Origin: Patescibacteria group bacterium
GTDB lineage: Bacteria; Patescibacteriota; Patescibacteriia; 2-01-FULL-39-33
Length of the DNA: 32,000 nucleotides
Direction: 5' to 3'
Assembly: GCA_041662745.1 (NCBI GenBank)
Contig: JBAZRV010000002.1
Span: forward strand, 30,001 to 62,000
Each line of letters begins with the position of its first letter. Positions within the stretch are counted from its first letter, which is position 1. Below are positions 1 to 9,136 of this stretch, in pieces. Under the pieces are notes generated by a model, which saw only the letters and a program-made list of their open reading frames with translations, was not told the DNA's origin and did not search any database. The translations under genes were made by a program, and so were the position numbers.

Positions 1-1
1 G

Positions 2-1006
2 CCGGGCAAGGGCAGTAACGTCCATTATCAGGAAGAGCGCCTTAAAGAGTATATTGATCAAGAAGGAATCCCTTATGAAGATGTGATTGTTTCTTGTTTT
101 GATATTGAAACCCTGCCTCATCCCCAGTATTTCGCCTATTTGACTTATAAATATTTAACTCATCCTAATCCGACCCATGCCAGTTATCAGCCATTAGTGC
201 TTTATAATAATAATATTTGGGAGTCTAATCCGATCATTCGCGTAGTGGCTTCAGCCACGACTTTTTGGCTATTGACTGATATGTCGCGCCCGGAGCGCTT
301 GTTGACCTTTTCCAGCCATTCCATGAGTTTTAAAATGATTGTTGATGTCGGCGGTCATGAAAAGACAATTGTTTCTGAAGATTCGCGCATTTGTCTGCAG
401 GCCGTAGATCATTACAATGGCGATTATGAAGTGGTGCCTATGTTTATTACCGTATCTATGGACACTGTCTATATTGGAAAGTTTTGGCAGTCCTTGGGCA
501 ATCAGTATAAGCAAATGCGACGGTGGGCTTGGGGCGTAGAGCATTTCCCTTGGATGTGGGATCATTTTTTCGGCGCCCATAAAAATACTAAAATTCCCTT
601 GCACGTGCGTTTAAGGTACTTTTGGGTGCAAGCCGAGGGCATGTATTCTTGGGCGACGGCGCCGATATTGATTTTAATTGTCGGCCGTCTGCCCTTAGCG
701 ATGATTTCCGGCGCTGATAAAGCCACGGCTTTTGTCCAGAATGCGCCGATTACTCTTGAAAATTTAATGACTATCGGTATGGTTGGCTTGGTTTTGAACG
801 CGGTCATGTACACCTTTTCTTTGCCGGAACGGCCAAAGCACATGTCAGTTTTTAATTGGCTGATAATGGTTCTGCAGTGGGTATTATTCCCCGTTACCAT
901 GATTATTTTCGGCTCTATTCCGGCCATAGAATCGCAGACCCGCTTATTGCTTGGCGGCAAGTATCGTTTGGGTTTCTGGGTGACGGAAAAGAAATTAACC
1001 AAATAG
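2..1006 (+). CDS. Glycosyltransferase family 2-like membrane protein, 5' truncated by window start
   Basis: Frame is open from base 2 (PGKGSNVHYQEERLKEYIDQEG...) through the listed ORF at 83; QxxRRWAWG motif (QYKQMRRWAWGVEHFP) typical of processive GT2 enzymes, followed by several hydrophobic segments. Confidence 0.8.
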   Translation, partial: PGKGSNVHYQEERLKEYIDQEGIPYEDVIVSCFDIETLPHPQYFAYLTYKYLTHPNPTHASYQPLVLYNNNIWESNPIIRVVASATTFWLLTDMSRPERLLTFSSHSMSFKMIVDVGGHEKTIVSEDSRICLQAVDHYNGDYEVVPMFITVSMDTVYIGKFWQSLGNQYKQMRRWAWGVEHFPWMWDHFFGAHKNTKIPLHVRLRYFWVQAEGMYSWATAPILILIVGRLPLAMISGADKATAFVQNAPITLENLMTIGMVGLVLNAVMYTFSLPERPKHMSVFNWLIMVLQWVLFPVTMIIFGSIPAIESQTRLLLGGKYRLGFWVTEKKLTK

Positions 1007-1007
1007 C

Positions 1008-2045
1008 ATGATTAGTCCTAAAGTTACCATAATTATTGTTACCAGAAACAGCCAGCGTTTTATGGCGTCTTGTTTGGATTCAATTTATGCCCAGACTTAT
1101 CGTGATTTCCAGGTTTTGGTGATTGATAATGACAGCCATGACGGCACGGTAGAATTTGTCCGTTCTAATTATCCGCAAACCGTGATGTTCGTCAATAATA
1201 AGAACTCTGGTTTTGCTAAAGCCAACAATCAAGGCATCAGGCTGATTAAGTCGCCGTTTTTTCTATTATGCAATCCGGATATAATTTTGGAACCCGATTG
1301 GCTGGAAAAGATCATGTCCATAGCCGAGTTGGAACAAAACAATGATTGCGCCAGTTTCGGCGGGAAACTGCTTAAGTTAAAATTAATTAATGCGGAAATA
1401 GGCGAAACGGAAAAAACCGAAATCATTGATTCTTGCGGTTTAAAATTCCTCAAAAATCATCGTTTTGTGGAATGGGGGGCCGGTGATCCGGCAGCAGAAT
1501 ACAATCAGGCGCAAGAGGTGTTCGGCCATTCCGGCGCTTTAGTGTTGTTGCGTAAAGAGTCATTGGAACAGGTTGTTATTCAGGATAGGCACCATTATAC
1601 CGGTGATTTTTTGGACAGTAATTTTTTCTTTTATAAAGAAGATGTGGATTTGGCTTGGCGTTTGCGCCTGCAGGGTTTTAGATCGATGTTCATACCCGAG
1701 GCCGTGGCTTATCATTTGCGAACCTTTCCGGCAGCGCAGAATAATCGCTTGGGCGAGGTGGTTGCCAATCGCCGCCAGCAAAATGATCTGGCTCGCTATT
1801 ATTCTTACCGTAATCATTTTTTGGTCTTGCTGGGCAATGAATATTTATCCAATCTAATCATTTATTCGCCGTTCATCGCCTGGTATGAGCTGAAGAAATT
1901 CTGTTATTTGTTGATTTTTGAAATTAGGAATTTAAAAGCGATTGCCGAAGTGATCGGGATGTTGCCCCAAACATTAGCCAAGCGCCGGCAGATTTTTCGA
2001 CGCGCCAAACTTAAGGCCGGAGATATTAGAAAATGGATAAGTTAA
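1008..2045 (+). CDS. Glycosyltransferase family 2 (rhamnosyltransferase-like)
   Basis: MISPKVTIIIVTRNSQRFMASCLDSIYAQTYRDFQVLVIDNDSHDGT is a classic GT2 nucleotide-sugar binding N-terminus. Confidence 0.9.
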   Translation: MISPKVTIIIVTRNSQRFMASCLDSIYAQTYRDFQVLVIDNDSHDGTVEFVRSNYPQTVMFVNNKNSGFAKANNQGIRLIKSPFFLLCNPDIILEPDWLEKIMSIAELEQNNDCASFGGKLLKLKLINAEIGETEKTEIIDSCGLKFLKNHRFVEWGAGDPAAEYNQAQEVFGHSGALVLLRKESLEQVVIQDRHHYTGDFLDSNFFFYKEDVDLAWRLRLQGFRSMFIPEAVAYHLRTFPAAQNNRLGEVVANRRQQNDLARYYSYRNHFLVLLGNEYLSNLIIYSPFIAWYELKKFCYLLIFEIRNLKAIAEVIGMLPQTLAKRRQIFRRAKLKAGDIRKWIS

Positions 2046-2079
2046 TCAGAACGGGCCCTCATTTCTATTAAATTTAATT

Positions 2080-2859
2080 ATGGAGATATCAATAGTCATT
2101 AATAATTATAAAACCCGCGGGTTGCTTAAACAGTGCCTGAAGGGCATATACGCTAATCCGCCCAGCGCAGAGTTTGAAGTTGTGGTGGTTGATAATAATA
2201 GCCAAGACGGCTCGGTAGAGTTAGTTCGGGAGAGCTTTCCCCAAGTCCGCTTAATCGCTTCAGGCAAGAATCTCGGCCACCATAAAGGCAATAATTTGGG
2301 CATCAAAAATTCCGTCGGTAAGTATGTTTTAATCTTGAATACTGATATTGCCGTATCGGCTGGGGCCGTTGATGAGTTGTATGATTTTATGGAAAGCCAG
2401 CCGGAAATCGCTTTAGTCGGTCCGCGATTAAAGAATCCTGACGGTTCCATTCAAATGTCTTGCTTGCGTTTTCCGCATTTATTGACGCCGTTTTACCGCC
2501 GGACAGCGCTGAATCAATTCAAATTTGCACAGGAGGAATTGCGCCGTTATCTGATGGAAGATTTCAATCATAATGAAACGCGGCCGGTGGATTGGATTTT
2601 AGGCGCCTGTGAAATGGTCCGTCGCGGCGCGATTGATCGGGTTGGCGGCATGGATGAAGGCTTATTTTTGTATTTTGGCGATGTAGCTTGGTGTCGAAAG
2701 TTTTGGCAGGCGGGATTGCCGGTATATTATTTTGCCGGCGCCGATATTATTCATTACCATAAGCGCGAGTCAGCCGAGAGCGGAATTTTCTCCAAGATTT
2801 TTTGGATTCATATCAGTGATTGGATCAGATATTTATTGAAATATTATCGCCCCGATTAG
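2080..2859 (+). CDS. Glycosyltransferase family 2
   Basis: MEISIVINNYKTRGLLKQCLKGI...VVVVDNNSQDGSVELVRESFP; ILNTDIAV (DxD-like region). Confidence 0.9.
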   Translation: MEISIVINNYKTRGLLKQCLKGIYANPPSAEFEVVVVDNNSQDGSVELVRESFPQVRLIASGKNLGHHKGNNLGIKNSVGKYVLILNTDIAVSAGAVDELYDFMESQPEIALVGPRLKNPDGSIQMSCLRFPHLLTPFYRRTALNQFKFAQEELRRYLMEDFNHNETRPVDWILGACEMVRRGAIDRVGGMDEGLFLYFGDVAWCRKFWQAGLPVYYFAGADIIHYHKRESAESGIFSKIFWIHISDWIRYLLKYYRPD

Positions 2860-2905
2860 TTGTTTTATAGTTGTTTTAAATTTTATACTTTTTAGATTTT
2901 ATATT

Positions 2906-4876
2906 ATGTTCTTTAAGAAAAAAAACAAATTGGAGCAGTTGCTTCAAGTGAACCCTTTTAATAAAAAAGCCAAAAGGCGCTGGTGGAAATTTTTGGCGCC
3001 GGCGGTTTTATTGTTGATAATTATTGCCGCCATCATCGTTCCCCTGGCTGTAAACGGCAGTTATATTTATCTCCGACTTGTGGCAATAAATAATCGGGTT
3101 GAACCGATTATGACGGCCGCCACGCAAGGTGATTTTGCCGTTATTGACGCCCAACTGACGGCGATTCGCGATGATTTGGCCGTAGTGCGGGAAAGAACCA
3201 GACAATTAGGGCCGATTTTATGGTGGCCGGCGGTGGCTAAGACTGCGCGTACCGGAGATAAAATGATGTTGGCAACCGGCGATCTGCTTGCCGGCTATCA
3301 GGAAATGCTGTCGGTTTTTTCCGATTTGTCTTTGCAGACCCAGGAACAGAGGGTGGTATTTGATTTCTCGGCCAAGGAATCCAAACGTCAATTGTTGGCT
3401 TCCATCGTTAAGAACAGGAATAAATTGGAAGAAGCGAGAAATAAAATAGTTTTAGCTAAGGCCGGATTGAATTCGGTCAATACTGATGATTTGACCGGTA
3501 TCTTCCAAAACAAGGTGGCCGCCGCCAACCGTTTATTGTCTGAGGCGGTAGAACAAAGCGAAGTGGCTTTGCCGTTATTCAAGTATCTGCCGGAGTTAGC
3601 CGGTTACAATCAAGAAAAAAATTATTTGATTTTGTTTGAAAATAATACCGAACTCAGGCCGACCGGAGGATTTATCGGCAGCTACGGCTTAGTAACCGTT
3701 AAGGACGGCGATATTATCGCTATGCATACTGATGATATTTATAATCTTGATAAGTGGTCCAAAGATAAGTTACAAGTCCCGGCGCCTTGGCCCATGACTG
3801 CTTACAATGCTCAGAAATATTTGTTTTTGCGCGATGCCAATTGGTCGCCGGATTGGCCGACTTCGGCTCGGCAGATTGAATGGTTTTGGAACGTGGAGCG
3901 GGCTAATGCCGGCTTAGCGCCGGTTCACCTTGATGGCATCATTGCCATCACGCCGGAATTCATCGCTAATTTTTTGGCGGTTACCGGGCCGATTACCGCC
4001 GACGGCATTACTTTCACTAGCGACAACTTTACTTATCAATTGGAACAGCAAGTGGAATTTGCTTATGCCGCGAGAGGCATTGACCTGGCTAATCGTAAAG
4101 ATATCATCGGTGATTTAACCAAGGATATCATCGCCCGTATTACCAAGGCTAAGGCCGCCGAGTTATTCCAAGTCTGGCTGGCTATGAAAAAGAATATAGA
4201 CGAGAAGCAGGTTTTGGCGTATATGACTGATCCGCAACTGCAGACCTATTTGGCGCAAGAAAACTGGTCGGGGGAGATGAAGCAAGGCGAAGGCGATTAT
4301 TTGTATATTGTTGACGCTAATTTGGCGGCGTTAAAAACCGACCAAGTAATGAAGCGGGCGATAACTTATAGCGTCACTCCTGATGTTAACGGCGATTTGC
4401 TGGCTAAGGTGGAAATCAATTATCAACACACCGGCCGATCGGTTCCGGCCTTGATTACTAATTATCGCAGTTATACCAGAGTGTATGTGCCGGAAGGCAG
4501 CTGGTTCACCAAAGCGTATTTTAAGGATAGCAAGGGCACGCAGGATTTATCGTTAGACAAGGAAGTGGAAATTAAAAATGAGTTGGGCAAGCGTTACTTA
4601 GGTGTTTTTTTGACCGTTAACCAGGGGTCTGATAAAACTTTGGTTTTGGAATATCGGTTGTCTCCGGAGGTAAAGCAATTGGCTCAAGACGGCCTGTACA
4701 AATTAAGTGTTCAGAAGCAACCGGGCACGCCTGGACATAAACTCAAAATTGATTTAAAATTTGACCAGCGCATTACCGCTTATTATTCCAAAATCATGCC
4801 TCAAAGGGTATTGGGTCAAAGTTTGCTTTGGGACACTGATTTATCGGTTGATCGCGATTTTATTATAAAGTTTTAG
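2906..4876 (+). CDS. DUF4012 domain-containing membrane-anchored protein
   Basis: N-terminal TM followed by ...YLILFENNTELRPTGGFIGSYGLVTVKDGDI...; this ENNTELRPTGGFIGSYG block is characteristic of DUF4012. Confidence 0.85.
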   Translation: MFFKKKNKLEQLLQVNPFNKKAKRRWWKFLAPAVLLLIIIAAIIVPLAVNGSYIYLRLVAINNRVEPIMTAATQGDFAVIDAQLTAIRDDLAVVRERTRQLGPILWWPAVAKTARTGDKMMLATGDLLAGYQEMLSVFSDLSLQTQEQRVVFDFSAKESKRQLLASIVKNRNKLEEARNKIVLAKAGLNSVNTDDLTGIFQNKVAAANRLLSEAVEQSEVALPLFKYLPELAGYNQEKNYLILFENNTELRPTGGFIGSYGLVTVKDGDIIAMHTDDIYNLDKWSKDKLQVPAPWPMTAYNAQKYLFLRDANWSPDWPTSARQIEWFWNVERANAGLAPVHLDGIIAITPEFIANFLAVTGPITADGITFTSDNFTYQLEQQVEFAYAARGIDLANRKDIIGDLTKDIIARITKAKAAELFQVWLAMKKNIDEKQVLAYMTDPQLQTYLAQENWSGEMKQGEGDYLYIVDANLAALKTDQVMKRAITYSVTPDVNGDLLAKVEINYQHTGRSVPALITNYRSYTRVYVPEGSWFTKAYFKDSKGTQDLSLDKEVEIKNELGKRYLGVFLTVNQGSDKTLVLEYRLSPEVKQLAQDGLYKLSVQKQPGTPGHKLKIDLKFDQRITAYYSKIMPQRVLGQSLLWDTDLSVDRDFIIKF

Positions 4877-4896
4877 GAGGGTTATCATAGATTATT

Positions 4897-5901
4897 ATGG
4901 CTAAAAAAATCGGTATTGATTTGGGTACGACTAATATTTTGGTTTATGTGCCCAAGAAGGGAGTGGTGATAAATGAGCCCTCAGTGGTGGCGATTTCCGC
5001 CTTGGACCGCAAAGTTATTGCTGTCGGCATTGAAGCCAAAGAAATGTTGGGACGTACGCCGGATACGATTATCGCCCAACGGCCTTTGCGCGATGGCGTG
5101 ATCGCCGATTATAAGACTACCGAGGCCATGCTCAGGTATTTTATTAATAAAGCTTTGGGCGGCATTCGCTTGCTTCGTCCGGAGGTGATGATAGCCGTTC
5201 CTGCCGGCATTACTTCCACTGAACGGCGCGCCGTAGTGGACGCGGCTATCGCCGCCGGCGCTAAGGCCGCTTATATTATTAAAGAGCCGATCGTCGCCGC
5301 TATCGGCGCTAACATTCCGATCGGTTCTCCGTCCGGCCATATGATTATTGATATCGGCGGCGGCACTTCCGAAATCGCAGTTATTTCTTTAGGCGGCGTG
5401 GTAACTTCCACTTCGGTCAGAATCGGCGGTACGCGATTGGATACGGCGATCATTGAATATGTCAGGCGCAAGTATGGCATGGCTATAGGCGAACGCACAG
5501 CCGAGGAAATCAAGATCAATATCGGTTCGGCCTTATATTTGAAAGAGAAAATGTATATGGATGTGCGCGGTCGCGATATTATTGCCGGCTTGCCCAAGAC
5601 CATTCGCATTTCCTCCGATGATACGACTGAGGCCATTCAGAGCGAACTGGAAGGCATTGTGGCGGCTATTAAAGCAGTACTAAGCGAGACGCCGCCGGAA
5701 TTGTCGGCCGATGTAACGGTGAATGGCATTACTATGTCAGGCGGTACGAGCTTGCTGCGTAACATTGATAAATTAATCACCCAAGCAACCGGCATTAAGG
5801 CTTATGTAGCCGAAGATGCGCTGTATTGCGTGGCCAAGGGCACGGGCATCGCGTTGGAGAATTTAGACAGCTACAAGAGGAGCATCTTGGCGACAAAATA
5901 A
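4897..5901 (+). CDS. mreB: Rod shape-determining protein MreB (canonical-motif copy)
   Basis: GIDLGTTNILVY, INEPSVVAI, MLGRTP, RPLRDGVIADY, KEPIVAAIGANIP, MIIDIGGGTSEIAVISLGG, VRIGGTRLD motifs. Confidence 0.95.
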   Translation: MAKKIGIDLGTTNILVYVPKKGVVINEPSVVAISALDRKVIAVGIEAKEMLGRTPDTIIAQRPLRDGVIADYKTTEAMLRYFINKALGGIRLLRPEVMIAVPAGITSTERRAVVDAAIAAGAKAAYIIKEPIVAAIGANIPIGSPSGHMIIDIGGGTSEIAVISLGGVVTSTSVRIGGTRLDTAIIEYVRRKYGMAIGERTAEEIKINIGSALYLKEKMYMDVRGRDIIAGLPKTIRISSDDTTEAIQSELEGIVAAIKAVLSETPPELSADVTVNGITMSGGTSLLRNIDKLITQATGIKAYVAEDALYCVAKGTGIALENLDSYKRSILATK

Positions 5902-5933
5902 GGCGTTAGCAATTAATTAATAGTAATTTTGAC

Positions 5934-5967
5934 AAAATAAAATCCCGCAGCCGGAAGGCTTGCGGGA
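5934..5967 (-). terminator. Probable rho-independent terminator of the minus-strand unit 5998-6732
   Basis: Stem TCCCGCA-GCC / loop GGAA / GGC-T-TGCGGGA (5943-5967, one bulged T); on the minus strand it is followed by TTTTATTTTG. Confidence 0.7.
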
Positions 5968-5997
5968 CGTAAGGTGCTGAAATGCTGCCTGCGGAGC

Positions 5998-6228
5998 TCA
6001 GCGATAAACTACGATGCGTTTTAGCTGAGTAAATGGCGGGTGATTATTTGTTTCTTGATCGGTTATTAAAGTAATTGCTTCGGACTTAACCGCTAAGGCA
6101 TTGCTCAATAAATCCATTTGTTTTATCGCCCATGCTTCTTGCCCTGGAAGAGTGCAATCGTAGACGACTATCAGTGTCTTGACTTTAAGCGGTTCAGGTT
6201 TTTTGTTCTCGGCTTTATCCTGCTCCAT
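5998..6228 (-). CDS. Hypothetical small protein (76 aa)
   Basis: ORF with SD GGAGGGA about 7 nt upstream of ATG, downstream of and co-oriented with 6256-6732, ends close to a terminator. Confidence 0.6.
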   Translation of the reverse strand: MEQDKAENKKPEPLKVKTLIVVYDCTLPGQEAWAIKQMDLLSNALAVKSEAITLITDQETNNHPPFTQLKRIVVYR

Positions 6229-6255
6229 GGCTTGCTCCCTCCTTGTTTGGTAAAA

Positions 6256-6732
6256 TTAATTAGGACTATTGGAAGTTGCTTCAATCATGTCGGGTGGGTC
6301 GGACGGAATGTCGGGTGGCAGGGGGCCAGGTTTGAGCTCTTTTGAGAGGTCAACCGGTTGATCCAATCGGCAATTAATAGTTTTGATGGCAGTAACGATT
6401 TTCTTAACGGCTTTATCCTTGTCAAGTTCGGGAATGCGGTTGAGAAAGCACCATCGGGCGATTGCCTCTTCCATCCCTATTGTGCAATCTTTCGAAGGAT
6501 TAAGCAGTTGGTCAATTTGCATCAGTGTTACCCTCTCCCCCTTGACCAGCTTATCAATCGTAGGGACGTTTGCCGTAAGGTATCCATTGTTGCTTTTTGT
6601 TGGACCAATCACTGAAATGTAAATCAGCAGAAAACATGTCATGCCTATGATCACAATTACAGTGGAAAAACGTAAGACCCAGAAAAAAACATCTTTCATA
6701 AGACTTTTCAGCTCCTTCGTGTAATTTTTCAT
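6256..6732 (-). CDS. Hypothetical protein with one N-terminal transmembrane segment (158 aa)
   Basis: ORF with strong SD (AAAGGAGG) and TM segment FSTVIVIIGMTCFLLIYISVIG; consensus promoter upstream. Confidence 0.7.
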   Translation of the reverse strand: MKNYTKELKSLMKDVFFWVLRFSTVIVIIGMTCFLLIYISVIGPTKSNNGYLTANVPTIDKLVKGERVTLMQIDQLLNPSKDCTIGMEEAIARWCFLNRIPELDKDKAVKKIVTAIKTINCRLDQPVDLSKELKPGPLPPDIPSDPPDMIEATSNSPN

Positions 6733-6835
6733 GGTATTTACCTCCTTTAGCGGTTTGGATTTTTAGCGGTCGGATTAATTTAGAATTGATTTATTGTGAA
6801 AGGTGCTTGTTTTTATCCTTTTACGATTATATCAC

Positions 6836-6864
6836 ATCATAATCTCTTTAAACTTATTTGTCAA
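6836..6864 (-). promoter_or_regulatory. Sigma70-type promoter for 6256-6732
   Basis: Minus strand TTGACA - 17 nt - TATGAT. A second extended -10 (TGATATAAT) lies just downstream. Confidence 0.7.
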
Positions 6865-6921
6865 TATCTTTTTAATTTTGTTCGCAGTTAATTTATAGTA
6901 TTTATCTAAATTTACATATTT

Positions 6922-8061
6922 ATGACAATCGGCATTGACGCATCGCGCGCCAATAAAAATGATAAAACCGGCACCGAATGGTATAGCTGGCATTTGATTC
7001 AGGAATTAAAGAAGATCGTTCCTGTCGATATTAAGGTTGTTTTGTACGCCAATGAGAAGCTTAGCGGGGAATTGGGCGGTTTGCCTCAGAACTGGCAAAT
7101 TAGGGTTTTGTCTTGGCCGCCTAAATATTTATGGACGCAATTGCGTTTGTGGTGGGAATTGCAGATCAATCCGCCAGACGTGCTGTTGGTACCGGCGCAT
7201 ACCATTCCGCTTCTGCCCATTCCGCGTTCAATCAAAGTCGCGGTTAATGTTCATGATGTCGGCTTCAAACGCAGTCCGGAATTATACAAGCCGATCCAGG
7301 TTTGGTATCACGATCTTACCATGTGGCGCATCAAGGCGCGCGCCGATTTGATCATTACTATCTCCAAGTTTTCTCAAGAAGAGATTATTGAGCTTTATGG
7401 CGTCCGGCCGGAGAAAATCAAGGTGGTTTATTTGGGGTTTGATGCCGAGCAATTTCATTTGAATAATCAAGAGCGGGAACCGGATCAAGCGGCCGTCCTG
7501 CAGAAATACAATATCGCTAAGCCTTATTTGTTTTATGTCGGCCGGCTGGAAAAGAAAAAGAATATCGGCAATATCGTTAAAGCTTTTGCCTTAGCCAAAA
7601 TGAAGCGGGAAGATCTGAAATTGGTTTTGGCCGGCGCGTCCGGCAATCAGTATGAGGAAATAAAGAATATCATTAGCGCCGATAAATTGGAAAGCGAAGT
7701 GATTTTGACCGGCTACATTGATAATGAGGATCTGCCGACGATTTATGGCAACGCTTCCGTTTTTGTTTTCCCTACTTTGTATGAGGGGTTCGGTTTGCCG
7801 ATTTTAGAGGCTATGGCCTCGGGTACGCCGGTTGTTACTTCCGATCAGTCGCCCCATACGGAGGTCGGCGGTTCAGCCGTACTGTACGCCAGACCGAATT
7901 CGGCTGATGATATCGCCGATAAGATAATCAAGCTTTTGATTGATGATAATTTGCGCCAAGAGATGATCGGCCGCGGATTCAATCGAGCCAAGGAATTTTC
8001 CTGGCGCCAAACCGCGACAGAAGTTTATCAAGCGATTAAGAGTTTAGCCAACAATTATTAA
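6922..8061 (+). CDS. Glycosyltransferase family 1/4 (GT4-type)
   Basis: KPYLFYVGRLEKKKNIGNIVKAF ... FVFPTLYEGFGLPILEAMASGTPVVTSD. Confidence 0.92.
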   Translation: MTIGIDASRANKNDKTGTEWYSWHLIQELKKIVPVDIKVVLYANEKLSGELGGLPQNWQIRVLSWPPKYLWTQLRLWWELQINPPDVLLVPAHTIPLLPIPRSIKVAVNVHDVGFKRSPELYKPIQVWYHDLTMWRIKARADLIITISKFSQEEIIELYGVRPEKIKVVYLGFDAEQFHLNNQEREPDQAAVLQKYNIAKPYLFYVGRLEKKKNIGNIVKAFALAKMKREDLKLVLAGASGNQYEEIKNIISADKLESEVILTGYIDNEDLPTIYGNASVFVFPTLYEGFGLPILEAMASGTPVVTSDQSPHTEVGGSAVLYARPNSADDIADKIIKLLIDDNLRQEMIGRGFNRAKEFSWRQTATEVYQAIKSLANNY

Positions 8062-8083
8062 TTATCAATCCAATTATAAATAT

Positions 8084-9055
8084 ATGAAACCCATTCTCCT
8101 TTCCGGCGTTAAGCCGACCAATCGCGTCCATATCGGTAATTATTTCGGTGCCATGAAACAATTTGTGGATTTGCAGGATGATTACCGCAATTATATTTTT
8201 ATTGCCGACTATCATGCCCTGAATCAACTCAAAGACGCTAAAGAACTCAGTGCTTACAGTTGGGAGCTGATTATCAGTTATTTGTCCATCGGCCTTGACC
8301 CCAAGAAAACCGTATTGTTTAAGCAATCGGATGCGCCTCAAGTGTGCGAGCTGCAATGGATTTTTAATTGTCTTTTGCCCTTGCCGTATCTGCAACGCGC
8401 TCATGCTTACAAGGACGCGGTGGCCAAGAAGCGGGAAGTGAATATGGGTTTGTTCTGTTATCCGGTCCTGATGGCCGCAGATATCTTAATGTATGACGCC
8501 GACGTGGTGCCGGTGGGTGAGGACCAAAAACAGCATTTGGAAATGGCGATTGATCTGGCTAATAAGTTTAACCATCAGTGGGGCGAGACGTTTAAGGCGC
8601 CTCAGCCCTTGATTATGAAAGAAATGCTGATTATCGGCACGGATGGCGACAAGATGTCCAAGAGCAAGAACAATATTATTGAATTATTCGAGCCGGAGGA
8701 GTCCCTAAAGAAAAAAGTCATGTCCATTAAGACTGACTCCAAAGGCGTTACTGATAAAAAAGATCCGGAAGCGGACAATGTGTTTGCTTTTCATAAGCTG
8801 TTTTCCCAGCCCAGGCTGGAGGAATTAAGGCAGAGGTATGAGGAGGGCGGCATTGGTTATAAGGAATCCAAAGAGATTTTGCTGAATAACATTCTGGAAT
8901 ATACGGCGCCGTTTAGAAAGAGGCGAGCGGAGTTATTGAAAGACAAAAATTATGTCCTCGGCATTTTGGAGGATGGCGCTAAGCGGGCCGACAAAGCGGC
9001 GGAAGCCAAGATGGAAAAAGTCAGACGCGCCATTGGCGTCAAATCAACCGGATAA
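8084..9055 (+). CDS. trpS: Tryptophan--tRNA ligase
   Basis: GVKPTNRVHIGNYFGAMKQFVDLQ (HIGH-type), DGDKMSKSKNN (KMSKS), TrpRS-like AADILMYDADVVPVGEDQKQHLE. Confidence 0.93.
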   Translation: MKPILLSGVKPTNRVHIGNYFGAMKQFVDLQDDYRNYIFIADYHALNQLKDAKELSAYSWELIISYLSIGLDPKKTVLFKQSDAPQVCELQWIFNCLLPLPYLQRAHAYKDAVAKKREVNMGLFCYPVLMAADILMYDADVVPVGEDQKQHLEMAIDLANKFNHQWGETFKAPQPLIMKEMLIIGTDGDKMSKSKNNIIELFEPEESLKKKVMSIKTDSKGVTDKKDPEADNVFAFHKLFSQPRLEELRQRYEEGGIGYKESKEILLNNILEYTAPFRKRRAELLKDKNYVLGILEDGAKRADKAAEAKMEKVRRAIGVKSTG

Positions 9056-9121
9056 CTTTGATTAAGTCAGACGCCGTTGTTTGTTTATTAGTAGCAATAA
9101 AGTGAAAATTGACTGGAATTA

Positions 9122-9130
9122 TGTTATAAT
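9122..9130 (+). promoter_or_regulatory. Extended -10 promoter element in front of holB
   Basis: TGTTATAAT (extended -10 TG-N-TATAAT; -10 at 9125-9130), 6 nt before the ATG at 9137; no convincing -35. Confidence 0.5.
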
Positions 9131-9136
9131 CGGCTT

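Noticed and set aside
269-1002. Minus-strand ORFs 269..604 and 562..1002
   Set aside because: They lie antisense within the clear GT2 coding frame, with no independent SD or family signature; shadow ORFs.
5271-5636. Long antisense ORF inside mreB (and similar shadows in mreB2, gyrB, aspS, RseP, HD and YbaK genes)
   Set aside because: All overlap well-identified proteins on the opposite strand, and composition mirrors the sense codons. No supporting signals.
5934-5967. Hairpins near 5943, 13175 and 25270 as possible CRISPR repeats or mobile-element ends
   Set aside because: The three hairpins have unrelated sequences, and each has a U-tract on the strand of the adjacent gene, fitting rho-independent terminators. 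No spacer-repeat array is present.
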